The notes below the pieces were generated by a model. That model saw nothing but the letters and a program-made list of their open reading frames with translations, did no database searches and was not told where the DNA came from. DNA of 64,000 nt, taken from contig OZ024740.1 of NCBI GenBank assembly GCA_964016885.1, forward strand, positions 422,158,001-422,222,000. Reading direction: 5' to 3'. This DNA comes from Eledone cirrhosa (taxonomy: Eukaryota). The position numbers and the translations under genes were made by a program. Shown here in pieces: positions 1 to 11,074 of this stretch. Numbering within the stretch: the stretch's first letter is position 1; the number at the start of each line of letters is the position of its first letter.

Positions 1-3000
1 AGAGTTACTGCATCAATATCTGTCCTAAGGTAGCAGGTTTCTAGTTCAGTGTAATTTTGTAAGAGTTACTGCCTCAATATCTGCCCTAAGGTAGCAGGTT
101 TATAGTTCAGTGTTGTTTTGTAAGAGTTACTGCCTCAATATCTGCCCTAAGGTAGCAGGTTTCTAGTTCAGTGTAATTTTGTAAGAGTTACTGCCTCAAT
201 ATCTGCCCTAACGTAGCAGGTTTCTAGTTCAGTGTGGTTTTGTAAGAGTTACTGTCTCAATATTTGCCATAATGTAGCAGGTTTCTAGTTCAGTGTTGTT
301 TTGTAAGTGTTACTGCCTCAATATCTGCCCTAATGTAGCAGGTTTCTAGTTCAGTGTTGTTTTGTAAGAGTTACTGCCTCAATATCTGCCCTAACGTAGC
401 AGGTTTCTAGTTCAGTGTTGTTTTGTTATAGTTACTGCCTCAATATCTGCCCTAAGGTAGCAGGTTTCTAGTCAGTGTTGCTTTGTAAGAGTTACTGCCT
501 CAATATCTGCCCTAAGGTAGCAGGTTTCTAGTTCAGTGTTGCTTTGTAAGAGTTACTGCCTCAATATCTGCCCTACGGTATCAGGTTTCTACTTCAGTGT
601 TGTTTTGTAAGAGTTACTGTCCCAATATCTGCCCGAAGGTAGCAGGTTTCTAGTTTAGTGTAATTTTGTAAGAGTTACTGCCTCAATATCTGCCCTAAGG
701 TAGCAGGTTTCTAGTTCAGTGTTATTTTGTAAGAGTTACTGACTCATTATCTGCCCTAAGGTAGCAGGTTTCTAGTTTAGTGTTGTTATGTAAGAGTTAC
801 TATCTCAATACCTGCCCTAAGGTGGAAGGTTTCTAGTTCAGTCTAATTTTGTAAGAGTTAATGCCTCAATATCTGCCCTAAGGTAGCAGGTTTCTAGTTC
901 AGTGTAATTTTGTAAGAGTTACTGCCTCAATATCTGCCCTAAGGTAGCAGGTTTCTAGTTCAGTGTTGTTTTGTAAGAGTTACTGACTCATCATCTGCCC
1001 TAAGGAAGCAGGTTTCTAGTTCAGTGTAGTTTTGTAAGAGTTACTGTCTCAATATCTGCCCTAAGGTAGCAGGTTTCTAGTTCAGTGTAATTTTGTAAGA
1101 GTTACTGCTTCAATATCTGCCCTAAAGTAGCAGGTTTCTACTTCAGAGTTGTTTTGTAAGAATTACTGTCTCAATATCTGCCCTAAGGTAGCAGGTTTCT
1201 AGTTCAGTGTGGTTTTGTAAGAGTTACTGTCTCAATATCTGCCCTGAGACAGCAGGTTTCTAGTTCAGTGTTGTTTTATGAGAGTTACTGCCTCAATATC
1301 TGCCCTAAGGTAGCAGGTTTCTAGTTCAGTGTTGTTTTCTAAGAGTTACTGTCTCAATATCTGCCTTTGACATCAGGTTTCTAGTTCAGTGTTGTTTTAT
1401 GAGAGTTACTGTCTCAATATCTGCCCTAAGGTAGCAGGTTTCTCGTTCAGTGTAATTTTGTAAGAGTTACTGCATCAATATCTGCCCTAAGGTAGCAGGT
1501 TTATAGTTCAATGTAATTTTGTAAGAGTTACTGCCTCAATATCTGCCCTAAGGTAGAAGGTTTCTAGTTCAGTGTAATTTTGTAAGAGTTACTGCGTCAA
1601 TATTTGCCCTAAGGTAGCAGGTTTCTAGTTCAGTGTAATTTTGTAAGAGTTACTATCTCAATATCTGCCCTAAGGTAGCAGGTTTCTAGTTCAGTGTTGT
1701 TTTGTAAGAGTTACTGCCTCAATATCTGCCCTAATGTAGTAGGTTTCTAGTTCAGTGTAATTTTGTAAGAGTTACTATCTCAATATCTGACCTAAGGTAG
1801 CAGGTTTCTAGTTCAGTGTTGTTTTGTAAGAGTTACTGCCTCAATATCTGCCCTAAGGTAGCAGGTTTCTAGTTCAGTGTAATTTTGTAAGAGTTACTGC
1901 CTCAATATCTGCCCTAACGTAGCAGGTTTCTAGTTCAGTGTTGTTTTGTAAGAGTTACTGCCTCAATATTTGCCATAAGGTAGCAGGTTTCTAGTTCACT
2001 GTTGTTTTGTAAGAGTTATTGTCTCAATATCTGCCCTAAGGTAGCAGGTTTCTATTTCAGTGTTGTTATGTAAGAGTTATTGCATCAATATCTGCCCTAA
2101 CGTAGCAGGTTTCTACTTCAGTGTTGTTCTGTAAGAGTTATTGTCTCAATATCTGCCCTAAGGCAGTAGGTTTCTAGTTCAGTGTTGTTATGTAAGAGTT
2201 ACTGCATCAATATCTGCCCTAAGGTAGCAGGTTTCTAGTTCACTGTAATTTTGTAAGAGTTACTGCCTCAATATCTTCCCTAAGGTAGCAGGTTTCTAGT
2301 TCAGTGTGGTTTTGTAAGAGTTACTGTCTCAATATTTGCCATAATGTAGCAGGTTTCTAGTTCAGTGTTGTTTTGTAAGTGTTACTGCCTCAATATCTGC
2401 CCTAATGTAGCAGGTTTCTAGTTCGGTGTTGTTTTGTAAGAGTTACTATCTCAATATCTGCCCTAAGGTTGCAGGTTTCTAGTTCACTGTAATTTTGTAA
2501 GAGTTACTGCCTCAATATCTGCCCTAAGGTAGCAGGTTTCTAGTTCAGTGTTGTTTTGTAAGTGTTACTGCCCAATATCTGCCCTAATGTAGCAGGTTTC
2601 TAGTTCAGTGTTGTTTTGTAAGAGTTACTGCCTCAATATCTGCCCTAACGTAGCAGGTTTCTAGTTCAGTGTTGTTTTGTTATAGTTACTGCCTCAATAT
2701 CTGCCCTAACGTAGCAGGTTTCTAGTCAGTGTTGCTTTGTAAGAGTTACTGCATCAATATCTGCCCTAAGGTAGCAGGTTTCTAGTTCAGTGTTGTTTTG
2801 TAAGAGTTACTGACTCATTATCTGCCCTAAGGTAGCAGGTTTCTAGTTCAGTGTAGTTTTGTAAGAGTTACTGTCTCAATATCTGCCCTAAGGTAGCAGG
2901 TTTCTAGTTCAGTGTTGTTTTGTAACAGTTACTGTCTCAATAACTGCCCTAAGACAGCAGGTTTCTAGTTCAGTGTTGTTTTATGAGAGTTACTGTCCCA

Positions 3001-6000
3001 ATATCTGCCCTAAGGTAGCAGGTTTCTCGTTCAGTGTTGTTATGTAAGAGTTACTGCATCAATATCTGCCCTAAGGTAGCAGGTTTCTAGTTCAGTGTAA
3101 TTTTGTAACAGTTACTGCCTCAATATCTGCCCTAAGGTAGAAGGTTTCTAGTTCAGTGTAATTTTGTAAGAGTTACTGCCTCAATATCTGCCCTAACCTA
3201 GCAGGTTTCTAGTTCAGTGTTGTTTTGTAAGAGTTACTGACTCATTATCTGCCCTAAGGTAGCAGGTTTCTAGTTCAGTGTAGTTTTGTAAGAGTTACTG
3301 TCTCAATATCTGCCCTAAGGTAGCAGGTTTCTAGTTCAGTGTAATTTTGTAAGAGTTACTGCTTCAATATCTGCCCTAAAGTAGCAGGTTTCTACTTCAG
3401 AGTTGTTTTGTAAGAATTACAGTCTCAATATCTGCCCTAAGGTAGCAGGTTTCTACTTCAGTGTTGTTTTGTAAGAGTTACTGCATCAATATCTGCCCTA
3501 AGACAGCAGGTTTCTAGTTCAGTGTTGTTTTATGAGAGTTACTGTCTCAATATCTGCCCTAAGGTAGCAGGTTTCTCGTTCAGTGTAATTTTGTAAGAGT
3601 TACTGCATCACTATCTGTCCTAAGGTAGCAGGTTTCTAGTTCAGAGTAATTTTGTAAGAGTTACTGCCTCAATATCTGCCCTAAGGTAGCAGGTTTCTAG
3701 TTCAGTGTTGTTTTGTAAGAGTTACTGCCTCAATATCTGCCCTAAGGTAGCAGGTTTCGAGTTCAGTGTAATTTTGTAAGAGTTACTGCCTCAATATCTG
3801 CCCTAACGTAGCAGGTTTCTAGTTCAGTGTTGTTTTGTAAGAGTTACTGCCTCAATATTTGCCATAAGGTAGCAGGTTTCTAGTTCACTGTTGTTTTGTA
3901 AGAGTTATTGTCCCAATATCTGCCCTAAGACAGCAGGTTTCTAGTTCAGTGTTGTTATGTAAGAGTTATTGCATCAATATCTGCCCTAACGTAGCAGGTT
4001 TCTACTTCAGTGTTGTTTTGTAAGAGTTATTGTCTCAATATCTGCCCTAAGGCAGCAGGTTTCTAGTTCAGTGTTGTTACGTAAGAGTTACTGCATCAAT
4101 ATCTGCCCTAAGGTAGCAGGTTTCTAGTTCACTGTAATTTTGTAAGAGCTACTGCCTCAATATCTGCCCTAAGGTAGCAGGTTTCTAGTTCAGTGTGGTT
4201 TTGTAAGAGTTACTGTCTCAATATTTGCCATAATGTAGCAGGTTTCTAGTTCAGTGTTGTTTTGTAAGTGTTACTGCCTCAATATCTGCCCTAATGTAGC
4301 AGGTTTCTAGTTCAGTGTTGTTTTGTAAGAGTTACTGCCTCAATATCTGCCCTAACGTAGCAGGTTTCTAGTTCAGTGTTGTTTTGTTATAGTTACTGCC
4401 TCAATATCTGCCCTAAGGTAGCAGGTTTCTAGTCAGTGTTGCTTTGTAAGAGTTACTGCATCAATATCTGCCCTAAGACAGCAGGTTTCTATTTCACTGT
4501 AATTTTGTAAGAGTTACTGTCTCAATATCTGCCCTAAGGTAGCAGGTTTCTAGTTCAGTGTGATTTTGTAAGAGTTACTGCTTCAATATCTGCCCTAAAG
4601 TAGCAGGTTTCTACTTCAGAGTTGTTTTGTAAGAATTACTGTCTCAATATCTGCCCTAAGGTAGCAGGTTTCTAGTTCAGTGTGGTTTTGTAAGAGTTAC
4701 TGTCTCAATATCTGCCCTGAGACAGCAGGTTTCCAGTTCAGTGTTGTTTTATGAGAGTTACTGCCTCAATATCTGCCCTAAGGAAGAAGGTTTCTAGTTC
4801 AGTGTTGTTATGTAAGAGTTACTGCATCAATATCTGCCCTAACGTAGCAGGTTTCTACTTCAGTGTTGTTTTGTAAGAGTTACTGCCTCAATGTCTGCCC
4901 TAAGGTAGCAGGTTTCTAGTTCAGTGTAATTTTGTAAGAGTTACTATCTCAATATCTGCCCTAAGGTAGCAGGTTTCTAGTTCAGTGTAATTTTGTAAGA
5001 GTTACTGCCTCAACATCTGCCCTAAGGTAGCAGGTTTCTAGTTCAGTGTTATTTTGTAAGAGTTACTGACTCATTATCTGCCCTAAGGTAGCAGGTTTCT
5101 AGTTTAGTGTTGTTATGTAAGAGTTACTATCTCAATACCTGCCCTAAGGTGGAAGGTTTCTAGTTCAGTGTAATTTTGTAAGAGTTACTGCCTCAAAATC
5201 TGCCCTAAGGTAGCAGGTTTCTAGTTCAGTGTAATTTTGTAAGAGTTACTGCCTCAATATCTGCTCTAAGGTAGCAGGTTTCTAGTTCAGTGTTGTTTTG
5301 TAAGAGTTACTGACTCATTATCTGCCCTAAGGTAGCAGGTTTCTAGTTCAGTGTAGTTTTGTAAGAGTTACTGTCTCAATATCTGCCCTAAGGTAGCAGG
5401 TTTCTAGTTCAGTGTAATTTTGTAAGAGTTACTGCTTCAATATCTGCCCTAAAGTAGCAGGTTTCTACTTCAGAGTTGTTTTGTAAGAATTACTGTCTCA
5501 ATATCTGCCCTAAGGTAGCAGGTTTCTAGTTCAGTGTGGTTTTGTAAGAGTTACTGTCTCAATATCTGCCCTGAGACAGCAGGTTTCTAGTTCAGTGTTG
5601 TTTTATGAGAGTTACTGCCTCAATATCTGCCCTAAGGTAGCAGGTTTCTAGTTCAGTGTTGTTTTGTAACAGTTACTGTCTCAATATCTGCCCTAAGACA
5701 GCAGGTTTCTAGTTCAGTGTTGTTTTTTGAGACTTACTGTCCCAATATCTGCCCTAAGGTAGCAGGTTTCTCGTTCAGTGTTGTTATGTAAGAGTTACTG
5801 CATCAATATCTGCCCTAAGGTAGCAGGTTTCTAGTTCAGTGTAATTTTGTAACAGTTACTGCCTCAATATCTGCCCTAAGGTAGAAGGTTTCTAGTTCAA
5901 TGTAATTTTGTAAGAGTTACTGCCTCAATATCTGCCCTAAGGTAGCAGGTTTCTAGTTCAGTGTAATTTTGTAAGAGTTACTGTCTCAATATCTGCCCTA

Positions 6001-8479
6001 AGGTAGCAGGTTTCTAGTTCAGTGTTGTTTTGTAAGAGTTACTGACCCATTATCTGCCCTAAGGTAGCAGGTTTCTAGTTCAGTGTAGTTTTGTAAGAGT
6101 TACTGCCTCAATATTTGCCATAAGGTAGCAGGTTTCTAGTTCACTGTTGTTTTGTAAGAGTTATTGTCCCAATATCTGCCCTAAGACAGCAGGTTTCTAG
6201 TTCAGTGTTGTTATATAAGAGTTATTGCATCAATATCTGCCCTAACGTAGCAGGTTTCTACTTCAGTGTTGTTTTGTAAGAGTTATTGTCTCAATATCTG
6301 CCCTAAGGCAGCAGGTTTCTAGTTCAGTGTTGTTACGTAAGAGTTACTGCATCAATATCTGCCCTAAGGTAGCAGGTTTCTAGTTCACTGTAATTTTGTA
6401 AGAGCTACTGCCTCAATATCTGCCCTAAGGTAGCAGGTTTCTAGTTCAGTGTGGTTTTGTAAGAGTTACTGTCTCAATATTTGCCATAATGTAGCAGGTT
6501 TCTAGTTCAGTGTTGTTTTGTAAGTGTTACTGCCTCAATATCTGCCCTAACGTAGCAGGTTTCTAGTTCAGTGTTGTTTTGTTATAGTTACTGCCTCAAT
6601 ATCTGCCCTAAGGTAGCAGGTTTCTAGTCAGTGTTGCTTTGTAAGAGTTACTGCATCAATATCTGCCCTAAGACAGCAGGTTTCTATTTCACTGTAATTT
6701 TGTAAGAGTTACTGTCTCAATATCTGCCCTAAGGTAGCAGGTTTCTAGTTCAGTGTAATTTTGTAAGAGTTACTGCTTCAATATCTGCCCTAAAGTAGCA
6801 GGTTTCTACTTCAGAGTTGTTTTGTAAGAATTACTGTCTCAATATCTGCCCTAAGGTAGCAGGTTTCTAGTTCAGTGTGGTTTTGTAAGAGTTACTGTCT
6901 CAATATCTGCCCTGAGACAGCAGGTTTCCAGTTCAGTGTTGTTTTATGAGAGTTACTGCCTCAATATCTGCCCTAAGGAAGAAGGTTTCTAGTTCAGTGT
7001 TGTTATGTAAGAGTTACTGCATCAATATCTGCCCTAACGTAGCAGGTTTCTACTTCAGTGTTGTTTTGTAAGAGTTACTGCCTCAATGTCTGCCCTAAGG
7101 TAGCAGGTTTCTAGTTCAGTGTAATTTTGTAAGAGTTACTATCTCAATATCTGCCCTAAGGTAGCAGGTTTCTAGTTCAGTGTAATTTTGTAAGAGTTAC
7201 TGCCTCAACATCTGCCCTAAGGTAGCAGGTTTCTAGTTCAGTGTTATTTTGTAAGAGTTACTGACTCATTATCTGCCCTAAGGTAGCAGGTTTCTAGTTT
7301 AGTGTTGTTATGTAAGAGTTACTATCTCAATACCTGCCCTAAGGTGGAAGGTTTCTAGTTCAGTGTAATTTTGTAAGAGTTACTGCCTCAATATCTGCCC
7401 TAAGGTAGCAGGTTTCTAGTTCAGTGTAATTTTGTAAGAGTTACTGCCTCAATATCTGCTCTAAGGTAGCAGGTTTCTAGTTCAGTGTTGTTTTGTAAGA
7501 GTTACTGACTCATTATCTGCCCTAAGGTAGCAGGTTTCTAGTTCAGTGTAGTTTTGTAAGAGTTACTGTCTTAATATCTGCCCTAAGGTAGCAGGTTTCT
7601 AGTTCAGTGTAATTTTGTAAGAGTTACTGCTTCAATATCTGCCCTAAAGTAGCAGGTTTCTACTTCAGAGTTGTTTTGTAAGAATTACTGTCTCAATATC
7701 TGCCCTAAGGTAGCAGGTTTCTAGTTCAGTGTGGTTTTGTAAGAGTTACTGTCTCAATATCTGCCCTGAGACAGCAGGTTTCTAGTTCAGTGTTGTTTTA
7801 TGAGAGTTACTGCCTCAATATCTGCCCTAAGGTAGCAGGTTTCTAGTTCAGTGTTGTTTTGTAACAGTTACTGTCTCAATATCTGCCCTAAGACAGCAGG
7901 TTTCTAGTTCAGTGTTGTTTTTTGAGACTTACTGTCCCAATATCTGCCCTAAGGTAGCAGGTTTCTCGTTCAGTGTTGTTATGTAAGAGTTACTGCATCA
8001 ATATCTGCCCTAAGGTAGCAGGTTTCTAGTTCAGTGTAATTTTGTAACAGTTACTGCCTCAATATCTGCCCTAAGGTAGAAGGTTTCTAGTTCAATGTAA
8101 TTTTGTAAGAGTTACTGCCTCAATATCTGCCCTAAGGTAGCAGGTTTCTAGTTCAGTGTAATTTTGTAAGAGTTACTGTCTCAATATCTGCCCTAAGGTA
8201 GCAGGTTTCTAGTTCAGTGTTGTTTTGTAAGAATTACTGACCCATTATCTGCCCTAAGGTAGCAGGTTTCTAGTTCAGTGTAGTTTTGTAAGAGTTACTG
8301 TCTCAATATCTGCCCTAAGGTAGCAGGTTTCTAGTTCAGTGTAATTTTGTAAGAGTTACTGCTTCAATATCTGCCCTAAAGTAGCAGGTTTCTACTTCAG
8401 AGTTGTTTTGTAAGAATTACTGTCTCAATATCTGCCCTAAGGTAGCAGGTTTCTAGTTCAGTGTGGTTTTGTAAGAGTT

Positions 8480-10430
8480 ACTGCCTCAATATCTGCCCTA
8501 AGGTAGCAGGTTTCTAGTTCAGTGTTGTTTTGTAAGAGTTACTGACTCATTATCTGCCCTAAGGTAGCAGGTTTCTAGTTCAGTGTAATTTTGTAAGAGT
8601 TACTGCTTCAATATCTGCCCTAAAGTAGCAGGTTTCTACTTCAGAGTTGTTTTGTAAGAATTACTGTCTCAATATCTGCCCTAAGGTAGCAGGTTTCTAG
8701 TTCAGTGTGGTTTTGTAAGAGTTACTGTCTCAATATCTGCCCTGAGACAGAAGGTTTCTAGTTCAGTGTTGTTTTATGAGAGTTACTGCCTCAATATCTG
8801 CCCTAAGGTAGCAGGTTTCTAGTTCAGTGTTGTTTTGTAACAGTTACTGTCTCAATATCTGCCCTAAGACAGCAGGTTTCTAGTTCAGTGTTGTTTTTTG
8901 AGACTTACTGTCCCAATATCTGCCCTAAGGTAGCAGGTTTCTCGTTCAGTGTTGTTATGTAAGAGTTACTGCATCAATATCTGCCCTAAGGTAGCAGGTT
9001 TCTAGTTCAGTGTAATTTTGTAACAGTTACTGCCTCAATATCTGCCCTAATGTAGAAGGTTTCTAGTTCAATGTAATTTTGTAAGAGTTACTGCCTCAAT
9101 ATCTGCCCTAAGGTAGCAGGTTTCTAGTTCAGTGTAATTTTGTAAGAGTTACTGTCTCAATATCTGCCCTAAGGTAGCAGGTTTCTAGTTCAGTGTTGTT
9201 TTGTAAGAGTTACTGACTCATTATCTGCCCTAAGGTAGCAGGTTTCTAGTTCAGTGTAGTTTTGTAAGAGTTACTGTCTCAATATCTGCCCTAAGGTAGC
9301 AGGTTTCTAGTTCAGTGTAATTTTGTAAGAGTTACTGCTTCAATATCTGCCCTAAAGTAGCAGGTTTCTACTTCAGAGTTGTTTTGTAAGAATTACTGTC
9401 TCAATATCTGCCCTAAGGTAGCAGGTTTCTAGTTCAGTGTGGTTTTGTAAGAGTTACTGCCTCAATATCTGCCCTAAGGTAGCAGGTTTCTAGTTCAGTG
9501 TTGTTTTGTAAGAGTTACTGACTCATTATCTGCCCTAAGGTAGCAGGTTTCTATTTCAGTGTAATTTTGTAAGAGTTACTGCTTCAATATCTGCCCTAAA
9601 GTAGCAGGTTTCTACTTCAGAGTTGTTTTGTAAGAATTACTGTCTCAATATCTGCCCTAAGGTAGCAGGTTTCTAGTTCAGTGTGGTTTTGTAAGAGTTA
9701 CTGTCTCAATATCTGCCCTGAGACAGAAGGTTTCTAGTTCAGTGTTGTTTTATGAGAGTTACTGCCTCAATATCTGCCCTAAGGTAGCAGGTTTCTAGTT
9801 CAGTGTTGTTTTGTAACAGTTACTGTCTCAATATCTGCCCTAAGACAGCAGGTTTCTAGTTCAGTGTTGTTTTTTGAGACTTACTGTCCCAATATCTGCC
9901 CTAAGGTAGCAGGTTTCTCGTTCAGTGTTGTTATGTAAGAGTTACTGCATCAATATCTGCCCTAAGGTAGCAGGTTTCTAGTTCAGTGTAATTTTGTAAC
10001 AGTTACTGCCTCAATATCTGCCCTAATGTAGAAGGTTTCTAGTTCAATGTAATTTTGTAAGAGTTACTGCCTCAATATCTGCCCTAAGGTAGCAGGTTTC
10101 TAGTTCAGTGTAATTTTGTAAGAGTTACTGTCTCAATATCTGCCCTAAGGTAGCAGGTTTCTAGTTCAGTGTTGTTTTGTAAGAGTTACTGACTCATTAT
10201 CTGCCCTAAGGTAGCAGGTTTCTAGTTCAGTGTAGTTTTGTAAGAGTTACTGTCTCAATATCTGCCCTAAGGTAGCAGGTTTCTAGTTCAGTGTAATTTT
10301 GTAAGAGTTACTGCTTCAATATCTGCCCTAAAGTAGCAGGTTTCTACTTCAGAGTTGTTTTGTAAGAATTACTGTCTCAATATCTGCCCTAAGGTAGCAG
10401 GTTTCTAGTTCAGTGTGGTTTTGTAAGAGT
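8480..10430. repeat. Tandem duplication of a 16-monomer (976-bp) block
   Basis: CCTGAGACAGAAGG at 8741 and 9717; TGTAGAAGG at 9051 and 10027. The offset of 976 equals 16x61. Boundaries are approximate. Confidence 0.8.
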
Positions 10431-11074
10431 TACTGTCTCAATATCTGCCCTGAGACAGCAGGTTTCCAGTTCAGTGTTGTTTTATGAGAGTTACTGCCTC
10501 AATATCTGCCCTAAGGAAGAAGGTTTCTAGTTCAGTGTTGTTATGTAAGAGTTACTGCATCAATATCTGCCCTAACGTAGCAGGTTTCTACTTCAGTGTT
10601 GTTTTGTAAGAGTTACTGCCTCAATGTCTGCCCTAAGGTAGCAGGTTTCTAGTTCAGTGTAATTTTGTAAGAGTTACTGCCTCAATATCTGCCCTAAGGT
10701 AGCAGGTTTCTAGTTCAGTGTTATTTTGTAAGAGTTACTGACTCATTATCTGCCCTAAGGTAGCAGGTTTCTAGTTCAGTGTAATTTTGTAAGAGTTACT
10801 GTCTCAATATCTGCCCTAAGGTAGCAGGTTTCTAGTTCAGTGTTGTTTTGTAAGAGTTACTGACTCATTATCTGCCCTAAGGTAGCAGGTTTCTAGTTCA
10901 GTGTAGTTTTGTAAGAGTTACTGTCTCAATATCTGCCCTAAGGTAGCAGGTTTCTAGTTCAGTGTAATTTTGTAAGAGTTACTGCTTCAATATCTGCCCT
11001 AAAGTAGCAGGTTTCTACTTCAGAGTTGTTTTGTAAGAATTACTGTCTCAATATCTGCCCTAAGGTAGCAGGTT

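Noticed and set aside
33-52. Hammerhead ribozyme satellite (minus strand reads CTGAACTAGAAAC)
   Set aside because: It lacks the CUGANGA core and has no stem II between CUGA and GAAA, and I found no matching stems I/III. An Infernal/Rfam search would settle it.
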